Assembly (NCBI GenBank): GCA_041653195.1
Contig: JBAZFU010000001.1
Span: 415-64,414 of the forward strand
Direction of reading: 5' to 3'
DNA length: 64,000 bases
Source of the DNA: an archaeon
GTDB taxonomy: Archaea; Iainarchaeota; Iainarchaeia; Iainarchaeales; JAAZKV01
In this document: one piece after another, positions 55,768 through 64,000 of the stretch
How the letters are laid out: each line of letters opens with the position of its first letter
Position numbering within the stretch: the first letter of the stretch is position 1
The notes under the pieces: generated by a model
Seen by the model: only the letters and a program-made list of their open reading frames with translations
Database searches by the model: none
Told to the model about the DNA's origin: nothing
Program-made: the position numbers and the translations under genes

Positions 55768-56160
55768 TTATTTTTCCTCTTCGATTATCTCAGTAATCGT
55801 TTTAGATTTCACAGGCGCATTTTCCGAAGGAGGTGCGACCGCCGAAGAAGTTGTTTCCTCAACAATCTCAGTCCTCTTAACAGTTGTTCCCTGAACGGGT
55901 GCAGACGAAACCTCCGAAGCGAACTTTTCAGCGCCAACAACTTCTTTGCAGGCAATACTGTTTTGTTCTTCGATTATTTTCCTTTCAAACTTTCTCATCG
56001 AATCATCTTTGTTCTTCAATCTGTTCAATGAATAAAAATACGAATTTATCATTTGATCAAGATCGAGCTGCCTCTTGAAACCAAGACGAGCGATCTCCTC
56101 AAAGTAAAGCCTTACTATCCTAAATGCAACTTCTTCATCCTTCATACCAATCACTTCCAA
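55768..56160 (-). CDS. Small protein sharing a ~45-aa domain with the upstream basic protein
   Basis: TTG start 5 nt after AAGGAG. The N-terminal DEEVAFRIVRLYFEEIARLGFKRQLDLDQMINSYFYSLNRL is paralogous to the C-terminus of 56177..57181. Confidence 0.55.
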   Translation of the reverse strand: MEVIGMKDEEVAFRIVRLYFEEIARLGFKRQLDLDQMINSYFYSLNRLKNKDDSMRKFERKIIEEQNSIACKEVVGAEKFASEVSSAPVQGTTVKRTEIVEETTSSAVAPPSENAPVKSKTITEIIEEEK

Positions 56161-56176
56161 AAAAACTCCTTAAAAA

Positions 56177-57181
56177 TTATTTTCTTATCCTGCTTCGCCT
56201 AACCGCTTCAGCAACGGCAGTCATTTCAATATCCTGCCTTCTAACCCTTGCCAATGCATAAAGGTAAGCGTTAATTATTTCGTCGAGAGTTAGTTGCTTT
56301 TTGAAACCCATCCGCGCAACCTCTTTGAAATAAGTTTGAATTATTTTAAAAGCGATTTCCTCTTCACTCTCGCCCAAAAGCTCTTCCACATCAGTTCTTG
56401 AAACTGATTTTGAACCCGCAGTTGAAACAACAGACTGCATTATCGAACGCATCTGCGCAGGAGTAACCGTTTCAGTCGAAGAAATCATTGTTCGTTTACG
56501 AACACGCGGAACAGAAACCCTTCTGACTATTCTTGAAAATACTTTTTTTCTTTTTCTTTTCGGCTTAACAATAACTTTTCTCGTTCTGTACCTTAATTTT
56601 GTTATTACCTTCGGTTTGCTTCGCCTGTACCTTACTTTAGTAACGACCGTCGGCTTGCTTCTGATTCTTTTTACCACAGTTCTTGTTCTCGTCCTGGTAA
56701 TAACTCTCGGTTTTGATTTTATACGCCTAACCTTAAACACCGTTTTTGTAACAGTCCTTGTTTTTCCTTTTTTTCCGAGTTTGCCAGCCTTCGCGAGTTT
56801 CCAAAGAGCAACAGCCTGCTTGAAAGTTTTTCCCAATCGCATTTGAGAACCGATAAATTGGTTGTAAGCGGAAGGCCTTCTCTTGTCCTTGCTCACAAGC
56901 GCCTTGTATTTGTTCCACTCCTTAACGGCTTTTGCGAAAGTCGCTCCCGCAAGAATCTGCCTCTTGATAAAAAGATTATATTCAGAAACGTGTCTTGAAG
57001 AAAGCTTCTTCGTTTTTTTTAGCTTCTCAATATCAGATTTCAATTTTTCGATTTCCTTTCCCTGCTCGACAGTTTTCTTCTGCGCTTTAACAGCGGCTTT
57101 CTTTGCAGACTTAATGTTTTTCTGCGCCCTAACGGCAGCCTTCTTAACGGACCTAATGTCCTTCCTGCTCTTCTTATCCAT
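56177..57181 (-). CDS. Highly basic repeat protein with two YABBY/HMG-like PSAYNxFI modules (candidate nucleic-acid-binding protein)
   Basis: See findings for details. The repeats were read directly from the translation. The start is ATG 57181 or GTG 57217. Confidence 0.6.
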   Translation of the reverse strand: MDKKSRKDIRSVKKAAVRAQKNIKSAKKAAVKAQKKTVEQGKEIEKLKSDIEKLKKTKKLSSRHVSEYNLFIKRQILAGATFAKAVKEWNKYKALVSKDKRRPSAYNQFIGSQMRLGKTFKQAVALWKLAKAGKLGKKGKTRTVTKTVFKVRRIKSKPRVITRTRTRTVVKRIRSKPTVVTKVRYRRSKPKVITKLRYRTRKVIVKPKRKRKKVFSRIVRRVSVPRVRKRTMISSTETVTPAQMRSIMQSVVSTAGSKSVSRTDVEELLGESEEEIAFKIIQTYFKEVARMGFKKQLTLDEIINAYLYALARVRRQDIEMTAVAEAVRRSRIRK

Positions 57182-57402
57182 AACAGTTTTTTTTACAGCC
57201 AAATAATTCACCCACACAAAAAAACTTTAACTGGGCAAAAAAAGTTGTCGCCCAATAACCTATACCCTACCAAAATAGTATATAAATGTTCCCATTTAAC
57301 GGGAATGCGTGAATTAGAGGTGTTTTTTGTTCAAATCGCCAATAAAAGGCAATATAACGGGTTTATAAGCAATTTAGCGAATAATATGAAACAGTGAATT
57401 TA

Positions 57403-57549
57403 ATGAGCATAAAACCAAAATGCGACAAATGCAAAAAAGAACTGCGCGAATTCGGAGGCATACTTTTGAGCCCGCCGGACAAAAAATCGAAAGTGAAAAA
57501 ACACCATTTGTGCAAAAAATGTTACAAAAAGATCGCGTCCGAACTTTGA
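57403..57549 (+). CDS. 48-aa zinc-ribbon-like protein
   Basis: Below the ORF-track length cutoff. It reads MSIKPKCDKCKKELREFGGILLSPPDKKSKVKKHHLCKKCYKKIASEL, with CxxC...CxxC and AGTGA 7 nt upstream of the ATG. It displaces track ORF 57420..57605. Confidence 0.4.
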   Translation: MSIKPKCDKCKKELREFGGILLSPPDKKSKVKKHHLCKKCYKKIASEL

Positions 57550-57645
57550 AAAATTTCAACCCGCAGATTCAAAACTGCCAATTCAACCTTTCTGACAACA
57601 TTTAAATAGAACGCAATCACAATGTTTTTAGGAGAACGGAAAAAA

Positions 57646-58248
57646 ATGAAAACCCTTAGAAGAAGCGGAAGAATTGCGCGAGGAACGGCAGTAACCGCCG
57701 CAATCCTCGGAATAACGACGCGACCGGCACTTGCCACAAAAACAATCCGCGAACTTGAAAAAAATCGTTTGCCAACCGCGCAACATGCCGAAGTACTTCA
57801 ACACCACCCGGGTTTCGTGAAACTTCTAAATAAACACAAAAAAATTTCTCCGGCACTGGCAAACTCGCTGAACCGCGAATACTGGAAAGCAATCGAAATG
57901 ATTGACGAAACCTACAAGCTTCAACAAACCATTCTTTACATGAAATCAGAAATGACTTTATACAGCGGCAAACAACTCGAACTCATCAAAAAAAAACTGT
58001 CCATATTCATGGAAAAATATGCCAACAAAAGATATGAATTCATAGAAAAAATGGAAAACATTAACGCGTCGCTCGAATTCCCCCAAATTCTGGAAACCAA
58101 AAAAGCGAAATACAAAAAAGAACACGGAAAAGAACCCGCAGGAAAAGAACTGAAAAAAATTATGAAGGAATCTGCAAAAGCCGCAAAAGTAAGGGCACTC
58201 GGCACCGCCGGAATCGAATTCTTTAACCAGGGCGGCCCCTCAAAATAA
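57646..58248 (+). CDS. Hypothetical protein, paralog 1 of a tandem pair
   Basis: AGGAGA lies 10 nt upstream of ATG 57646. It has an N-terminal RRSGRIARGTAVTAAILGI hydrophobic segment, and its C-terminus aligns with the next ORF. Confidence 0.5.
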   Translation: MKTLRRSGRIARGTAVTAAILGITTRPALATKTIRELEKNRLPTAQHAEVLQHHPGFVKLLNKHKKISPALANSLNREYWKAIEMIDETYKLQQTILYMKSEMTLYSGKQLELIKKKLSIFMEKYANKRYEFIEKMENINASLEFPQILETKKAKYKKEHGKEPAGKELKKIMKESAKAAKVRALGTAGIEFFNQGGPSK

Positions 58249-58263
58249 AAATGAAGTGATTTT

Positions 58264-58665
58264 ATGCGAATGAAAGAAAAACTGATAAGGGCAACGGCAA
58301 TTGGCGCAACAGTTGCTTCTGCAGCAGGTGCATTCTGGTTCGGGCAGCGGGCAACGAAACTTGAACAGGAAATTGAACGAAGCCGACCAATAATGAAAGC
58401 GAAACAAAAAGCATATCAAGAAAGAATGAAAATTCTTGAAAAGCCCTACGCCGAAAAAAGAGAATTCCTTATGAGAGAACACCAAAAAAAATATTTCAAA
58501 AAATATTTTAACGAAATAAAACAGGAAAAAATCGCTGAATTCAAAAAAGCAAACGGAAGGGAACCGGACAAAAACAAATTAAAAGAAATAGAAAGATTCG
58601 CAAAAACACAGGCATATGCACTTACGAGAATAGAAGCTGCAGAGCAATTCCCTCCGCCAAATTAA
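58264..58665 (+). CDS. Hypothetical protein, paralog 2 of a tandem pair
   Basis: N-terminal LIRATAIGATVASAAGAFWFG. The C-terminal FKKANGREPDKNKLKEIERFAK aligns with YKKEHGKEPAGKELKKIMKESAK of the previous ORF. Confidence 0.5.
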   Translation: MRMKEKLIRATAIGATVASAAGAFWFGQRATKLEQEIERSRPIMKAKQKAYQERMKILEKPYAEKREFLMREHQKKYFKKYFNEIKQEKIAEFKKANGREPDKNKLKEIERFAKTQAYALTRIEAAEQFPPPN

Positions 58666-58688
58666 AATCAAAAAAAAAAGCGAAAACT

Positions 58689-59762
58689 TCAGACTTGCTT
58701 ACTTTTTGAAATCATTCTGGTAAAACCGCGCCCCTTCGGAACTTTTCTTGTTTTTAAAATCTTTTTGAACTCCAAATCAGAAACCGCTTTTCGAAGAGTG
58801 CGTTCGGCAAATTTTTTGTTCAGCGCTTTGTACACTGCTCCCGCATCCACTTCTTTGCCGCCGACAAAATTCAAAACCAAAAATTCCTGTTCGCTCAAAT
58901 TCTCCGCAATTTCAAACTTCACCGGCTTCTCCTGCATGAAAGAAGCGCGCACATGCTTCAACTGAACCTGCGCCGCGCCTTCTCGTTCAGCAAGACGCGC
59001 AGCTTTCAAAAGAACAGTGATTGCGATTCGGGCATCGCCGCCGTTCTTTGCGGCGTGCGCGGCACACAGCGGAATAACCTCATCTTCGAGCGCGTTTGAA
59101 AAAAAAGCGGAAGATGCTCTTCCTCGCAAAATTTCTTTCAATTCAATTGAAGAATACTTTTCAAATGCAACGTACGAAGCCTGAAGCGAACTTCTCACCC
59201 TCTCGTCCAGAAGCGAAAGAAAAAAAGAATCATTCGAAATGAAAACCATGCCGACAAAAAGCCCCTTGTCCTCGCCCATGCGGGAAAAATCGTAAATAAG
59301 TTTTTTCGAATCATCCGACTTCAACAACTGCTCCGACTCATCAAAAACAATTATTGGAACAATTTTTTTGGAACGAAGCAGGGCAACAAACCGCTCATAA
59401 ACTTCGTCACTGCCTAAACCCCTTTCAGGAACAGGATAGCCGAGCGCATTCGCAATTTTAACAAGAATCCCGCTGCGCGTCGAAGTCTCAAAACAATTCA
59501 CATAAACACACTTCGCCCTGTCGGAAAATTCCTCAAGCTCGTTCAAAACATACTTCAAGGTAACGGTTTTTCCAGAACCAGGGCTTCCGGAAACAAAAAC
59601 ATTTCCGGGCTTTTTTCCCATCGCAGCCGGCTTCAACGAAAAAACAAGCTCGCCGATTTCTTTGTCCCTGAAAGGCAACCTGTCGGGAACAAATTCGGGA
59701 TAAAGGAAACGCTCGTCCTTCAGAATCCCTTCACCGAAAGATTTCTCAAAAGAGTTTGCCAT
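58689..59762 (-). CDS. cdc6: Orc1/Cdc6 replication initiator
   Basis: FVPDRLPFRDKEI, Walker A GSPGSGKT, Walker B IIVFDESEQL and a C-terminal wHTH. ATG 59762 is likely the true start. Confidence 0.9.
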   Translation of the reverse strand: MANSFEKSFGEGILKDERFLYPEFVPDRLPFRDKEIGELVFSLKPAAMGKKPGNVFVSGSPGSGKTVTLKYVLNELEEFSDRAKCVYVNCFETSTRSGILVKIANALGYPVPERGLGSDEVYERFVALLRSKKIVPIIVFDESEQLLKSDDSKKLIYDFSRMGEDKGLFVGMVFISNDSFFLSLLDERVRSSLQASYVAFEKYSSIELKEILRGRASSAFFSNALEDEVIPLCAAHAAKNGGDARIAITVLLKAARLAEREGAAQVQLKHVRASFMQEKPVKFEIAENLSEQEFLVLNFVGGKEVDAGAVYKALNKKFAERTLRKAVSDLEFKKILKTRKVPKGRGFTRMISKSKQV

Positions 59763-59849
59763 AAATAATCGAATAATGCAAAACAATTAAAACTATGCGC
59801 CGCGGTTTGGCAATCAGCTAAAAATTTACCGAAAAACACCCCACTCAAA

Positions 59850-61505
59850 TTAGCACAGCGGAAATTCAAACAAAACAACCGGATTCTTCAAGCCGAAATT
59901 TTGCAAAACATCGGAAGAAACTTCCCCCACAAACCCTGCTTTGCCGTTTACAAGAATCTCTGCAGAATTTTCGCCCATAAAAGAAAAAGCTTTTTTCCTC
60001 AACTCCATCTTAAGCCCCAAATAATTGCAGGCGGAAACAAGCGCCGACTTTATGTCAGTGAAATTCGCTTTGGAAGAAGAAAGCGCTACGCAAAGATTTG
60101 TCGTCTGCCTGACCCCGTTTTCGGAATCTTTGTGCAATTCGAGGCAGGTTCCGATTTCAAAAATTTTTTGCGGATAAGATTCGGACTTATTTTTAGTTAA
60201 AAATTCGAGCAACTGCGGCGACAGCCTTTTGCGCATAATCGAATAATTTTGAGAAATCGGGTTCATTATTTCCACAAAACCCTCATCTGCAAGAAAATTT
60301 TCAGACTGTAATTTTTTAGAAGTCATGTTATACGTAAGAATTTCCTGCAACCCCATTCCGACGCAGGCATCCCTCACCAATTCAAAAAATTCCTCCTCCG
60401 CCCTCTGCGAACCTATAACACTCATTTTTATCGGCTGAGGAACTATTTTGTTGAAACCGTAAGAAATAAGCAAATCTTCTATTACATCAACAGGGTGCAA
60501 AATATCCGCTCTGTAAGAAGAATATTCTACGGAAATTTTTTTGGAATCTATTTTGACATTATAACGGGCGCGCTCAAGAAGCTCTTTTATTTTTAAATCC
60601 CCAAGCTTAAAACCTGTTTTTGTTTCAACCAGCCGCTTTTCAAAAGAAATTTTCTTTGTTAAAAAGCGAGGAGATTCCAAAATACTTTTCGGATAAATTT
60701 TTCCCTTGGGATAATGCATTTTGCAGGAATAAATTTTCCCGCCGCGATCGGCAAGAGCCATGCACATAACCTCAAGCGCAGTTTCGATGGTTTCTATAGA
60801 AAATCCAGTAACTTCCACAAAAAGATTCCTTGTTTTTTCAGTGACTTTGCCAGTGGAATCGGAATTTATTATCGGCGGCATAGAAGCAACAATTTTTTTC
60901 GAATCCATTACAATCGGATAAAATTCGATATTATCAAGCAAGGCCGCATAAGCCTTTCCTTTTTCATGTTGAGACAAAATTTCAGTCGGCCTCATTGGAA
61001 CCTTCCATTCAAGCGGAACAAACTCTATTTCCTTATCCCTAAAACCCCTGTATTCAATAGGCGGATTCATCGCATCAAAATCATAGAGCCCTATTGCAGC
61101 TTCCCTTCTCTTTCTGCCAAAATTTTCACACACTTTTTCCTGCAACTGCACCATCTGCAGCAAAAAATTTTCATTAACAGTTACTCCCCTGACAACCGCG
61201 CACACAATAAACGGGCGGACTTTCTCAAGATTCGAATCAACAAAAACATCTACGCCCATTTTTCCAACTTTGTAAGCGCACAACCCCTTTTCTTTTCCAA
61301 TTCTGGCCTTTATTTCGCGAGCTAACCCTTCGGCGCTCCACAAATCAGGCCGATTAGTCTCCTTACAATCAATTTTGAGAACATCCCCCTCGACGCCGTC
61401 AAGCTCCGACTTTGCAAACTCCAAAAGCTCATCCAAAGATTTCATTGAAATAGTTTTTCCGATAAGTGATTCCAAATCTTTTTTTGAAACTTCAAATTTT
61501 GGCAT
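59850..61505 (-). CDS. pheT: Phenylalanine--tRNA ligase beta subunit (archaeal type)
   Basis: At 551 aa, the N-terminal MPKFEVSKKDLESLIGK plus B3/4 and B5 layout fit archaeal PheT. It is coupled to pheS by a TAATG overlap. Confidence 0.9.
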   Translation of the reverse strand: MPKFEVSKKDLESLIGKTISMKSLDELLEFAKSELDGVEGDVLKIDCKETNRPDLWSAEGLAREIKARIGKEKGLCAYKVGKMGVDVFVDSNLEKVRPFIVCAVVRGVTVNENFLLQMVQLQEKVCENFGRKRREAAIGLYDFDAMNPPIEYRGFRDKEIEFVPLEWKVPMRPTEILSQHEKGKAYAALLDNIEFYPIVMDSKKIVASMPPIINSDSTGKVTEKTRNLFVEVTGFSIETIETALEVMCMALADRGGKIYSCKMHYPKGKIYPKSILESPRFLTKKISFEKRLVETKTGFKLGDLKIKELLERARYNVKIDSKKISVEYSSYRADILHPVDVIEDLLISYGFNKIVPQPIKMSVIGSQRAEEEFFELVRDACVGMGLQEILTYNMTSKKLQSENFLADEGFVEIMNPISQNYSIMRKRLSPQLLEFLTKNKSESYPQKIFEIGTCLELHKDSENGVRQTTNLCVALSSSKANFTDIKSALVSACNYLGLKMELRKKAFSFMGENSAEILVNGKAGFVGEVSSDVLQNFGLKNPVVLFEFPLC

Positions 61506-62947
61506 TAAAGCATCACCGCCTTTGCTTTTCTCAAATAACCGATATCTTCCGAAAACAATTCCCTGATATCTTTTATTCCTAGCTTGAACATCGCAAGCCT
61601 GTCAAGACCGGCACCCCATGCGATTGCCTGCCCCCTGATGCCGAGATTTTCCAAAATTTCAGGCCTAAACATCCCTGCACCCGCAAACTCAATCCACCCG
61701 AGATCAGGATGCTTTGCGGAAAGCTGAACACTCGGTTCGGTAAAAGGAAAATAATCTGGCAAAAACTTTACTTTCTCAGCACCCGCAAAATCAACCGCGA
61801 AATCCCTAAGCATTCCGAGAAGATGCGTGAAATTCAAATCCTCTCCGACAACAAAACCTTCCATCTGATTAAATTCTATTAAATGAGTAGCGTCAAGAAC
61901 ATCTGGCCGAAAAACCCTTGCTATCGAAAAATATTTTCCAGGAGATTCAACTCCTTCTACAAGCCGCCTCGCACTATGCGCCGTCGTCTGCGAAGCGAGC
62001 ATAAGCCTTCCCGCAATATTTTCATCCCAATCATATCGCCACCCGACGCTTTCCGATTTTCCGCCGTGTTCGTGCGCAGCGCGAATCGCATCAACCTTTT
62101 TTTTCGAAGGAAGATTCCCTGATTTAAGATTCTTCAATTGATAAGAATCCGAAATAGCTCTTGCAGGATGATTCTGCGGCTGAAACAACACATCAAAATT
62201 GTAAAATTCCGGAACAACCAGCGGAGAATACATTTCCTTAAAACCAAGAGCAACCAATTTTTGTCTCACCTGCCAAAGAAACTGAACGTAAGGAGCTTTC
62301 TTTCCCAAAAAAATTTCGGGAACAGGAGCTTCTACATCATAAGTGCGGGAAACTTTTTGCGTTCGCAAAACTTCCTGCGCGTTTTTTCCTTCCGCAGTTA
62401 TACAAATTTTCCTTTCAACAAAATCCTTTTTTTCCGCAAGACCCCGCTTAACAAGTTCCGGCGCAGAAACCGCCTTGCCCTCTGAAATAGATTCGAGCAA
62501 ATTCTGCTCGCCAAAATTTTCCTGCTCCTTTGCAACACCCGTTTCTTCAATAACTCCACCGACAATTGTAATGAAAGCCTTTTTCTTGTTTATTCCAAAC
62601 GCGGCGGTGAATCCCTGCTGCCCAAGGCCGGATTCTTTCATAAGCGAATTAAAATCAGATTTCCCGCCGAGCTTTGTAAGCGCTTCAAGGAAAACATTTT
62701 CAGGCATCCCTTTATCAAGTGCGGTTTTCCCTTCTGCGGTTAAAAAAAGTTTTTCTGAACGCTTCTCTGAAATTTTTGCAAATCCTTTCTCAGCAAGCCA
62801 TGCGCATGCCCTTCTAACGGAATCAATCGAAAGACCCGTTTCGGACGCGACTTCTTCGAATCCTTTTTCCGACTGTTCGAGAATCGAAAGTGCCTTCCTT
62901 TCAATATCGCTTAACTCCCTAATTCTCTCCAAATCAGCCATTTTCAA
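61505..62947 (-). CDS. pheS: Phenylalanine--tRNA ligase alpha subunit
   Basis: Class II motifs are present (FRPDVLDATHLIEFNQMEG and GAGLDRLAM), after N-terminal wHTH repeats. The start is TTG 62947 or ATG 62941. Confidence 0.9.
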   Translation of the reverse strand: MKMADLERIRELSDIERKALSILEQSEKGFEEVASETGLSIDSVRRACAWLAEKGFAKISEKRSEKLFLTAEGKTALDKGMPENVFLEALTKLGGKSDFNSLMKESGLGQQGFTAAFGINKKKAFITIVGGVIEETGVAKEQENFGEQNLLESISEGKAVSAPELVKRGLAEKKDFVERKICITAEGKNAQEVLRTQKVSRTYDVEAPVPEIFLGKKAPYVQFLWQVRQKLVALGFKEMYSPLVVPEFYNFDVLFQPQNHPARAISDSYQLKNLKSGNLPSKKKVDAIRAAHEHGGKSESVGWRYDWDENIAGRLMLASQTTAHSARRLVEGVESPGKYFSIARVFRPDVLDATHLIEFNQMEGFVVGEDLNFTHLLGMLRDFAVDFAGAEKVKFLPDYFPFTEPSVQLSAKHPDLGWIEFAGAGMFRPEILENLGIRGQAIAWGAGLDRLAMFKLGIKDIRELFSEDIGYLRKAKAVML

Positions 62948-63078
62948 CGCCTTTTAACACTACCAGAAAAGTAAGCTTATTCGTTATTTTAAAGGTTTCC
63001 AGTCAATTCGACAGAAAAAACAGCAAGTTATTTAAAGAATAAAACACACAAAATAATACGGCTGATAGGCGGGCGGAA

Positions 63079-63354
63079 TTGAAAATGGCGGACGAAAAGA
63101 AAAGCGGACAAGTTGACAAATGGTTCACAAAAATAAGCGACTCTGTTTCCGAAAAAATAGGGGGTTTTGTAGCCTTCATGTTCTTTCTCGTCGCATTGGG
63201 AGCTCTCGCATCTCTAATCGTAGTGCACAAATGGCCCGAATTCGGTTATTTGACAGTAATTGTTCCGGTAATTGCGGGAGTACTCGCATACTACGACAGG
63301 ACCATTGCAACAGTATTATTCACCCTCCTGATTCTTTTCGCATTCATATTATAA
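63079..63354 (+). CDS. Small 2-3 TM membrane protein, function unknown
   Basis: 91 aa with hydrophobic helices. The start is TTG 63079 or ATG 63085. Confidence 0.45.
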   Translation: MKMADEKKSGQVDKWFTKISDSVSEKIGGFVAFMFFLVALGALASLIVVHKWPEFGYLTVIVPVIAGVLAYYDRTIATVLFTLLILFAFIL

Positions 63355-63419
63355 AAAAAATCTTCTGCAATCAACGAATTCTTGGAAAAACTTTTTAATC
63401 CTTCAAAAAAAACTCTTTT

Positions 63420-63926
63420 ATGCGCGGACTCTTCAGCTTTAGCATAACACTTGCCATGCTCGCAATACTCCTAAGCCTCTCAATTTCAGGAAACAATTTT
63501 TACTCAAAACTGGAAAAGGGAAAAAGCGCGCTGATTGAAATGGAAATATCAAGCAAAGAAAGGACTCTGATGGAAAACAACACCGACAAAATAATAGAAA
63601 AAAAACTGGAAGAACAAATTGCAAAAAGAAACATGAAACCGGAATTGGCGAAAGATGAAATAAATTCCGCACTCACAAATTACCTTGCGGAGAGGGCGGA
63701 AGAATCAACGATATTCGGCGAAACAATTTCAAAAACAACCGGGAAAGAATTTTTGAACGAAACTAGCAACGCTTTCGTAATAGAAACTTCCGTTGGAGGG
63801 TACGGAGAATATTCTTTCTCATCAAATCTGCAAAAAAACACCATAATCTCAAAAAGTTTCGGAAAAAACTCAACAACAAAATTCACAATACCCATCGGTT
63901 ACACAATGAGGCTGGTAAAAAACTAA
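63420..63926 (+). CDS. N-terminally anchored extracytoplasmic protein, function unknown
   Basis: N-terminal hydrophobic segment FSFSITLAMLAILLSLSI. The stop overlaps the ATG of a further ORF (63926 onward, MPMQKRRKFYRRIFLNTLEALLSLI...) that runs off the window. Confidence 0.4.
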   Translation: MRGLFSFSITLAMLAILLSLSISGNNFYSKLEKGKSALIEMEISSKERTLMENNTDKIIEKKLEEQIAKRNMKPELAKDEINSALTNYLAERAEESTIFGETISKTTGKEFLNETSNAFVIETSVGGYGEYSFSSNLQKNTIISKSFGKNSTTKFTIPIGYTMRLVKN

Positions 63927-64000
63927 TGCCAATGCAAAAACGAAGGAAATTTTATCGGAGGATTTTTTTGAACACTTTGGAAGCGCTACTTTCGCTGATA

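Noticed and set aside
57218-57402. Replication origin expected next to orc1/cdc6 (spacers 57218-57402 and 59763-59849)
   Set aside because: I found no repeated ORB or mini-ORB-like elements. The spacers hold only short weak similarities (cgcc(c)aataa twice) and small hairpins, and the spacer directly upstream of orc1 is only ~87 nt.
62934-63092. Inverted 14-nt match ttgaaaatggc(t/g)ga at the starts of pheS (-) and ORF 63079 (+), both giving MKMAD
   Set aside because: Matches of this length are expected by chance several times in 64 kb of biased composition. No extended inverted repeat surrounds them.

Overview
This is an A+T-rich archaeal chromosome segment. Coding strands are strongly purine-loaded, the proteome is K/E-rich, and many genes have GGTGA-type Shine-Dalgarno sites. 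The gene content looks like a small-genome (DPANN-like) archaeon, but that lineage call is an inference from content only. Most genes are information-processing. Translation genes are aIF5A, aIF2 alpha and beta, aIF1A, aRF1, L10e, PheS/PheT, Dph2, TruD and RNase Z. Replication and repair genes are MCM, Orc1/Cdc6, two tandem PCNA genes, PriS/PriL, GINS, RFC large subunit, Topo VI A/B, Mre11 and UDG. RNA and protein turnover genes are Csl4, RpoL, LonB, PAC2, signal peptidase and a presenilin-like protease. A minus-strand envelope block (25.7-33.5 kb) carries an S-layer-like glycoprotein gene, a processive GT2 synthase, a thioredoxin-like protein and a GT-C-like membrane protein. I found one tRNA (Cys-GCA) and no rRNA, CRISPR array, transposase or recognisable defence system. 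The only clear mobile element is a LAGLIDADG intein in the MCM Walker A motif. Six things are worth a second look. (1) A very basic protein has two YABBY/HMG-like PSAYNxFI repeats, and its C-terminal domain is duplicated in the co-transcribed next ORF. (2) A family of GC-clamped A/T-palindrome hairpins occurs only in intergenic DNA, including a 3-unit tandem array upstream of mcm, a copy abutting tRNA-Cys and a copy interrupted by 48 nt. (3) ThiI appears split into a PP-loop-only gene and a THUMP gene with a degenerate PP-loop. (4) Two PCNA paralogs sit in tandem inside a replisome operon. (5) Csl4 carries a eukaryote-like RGG tail, and L10e and PpsA carry charged low-complexity extensions. 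(6) One pilin-like protein is cysteine-rich. All functional calls come from motif recognition by eye, and no database search was run.
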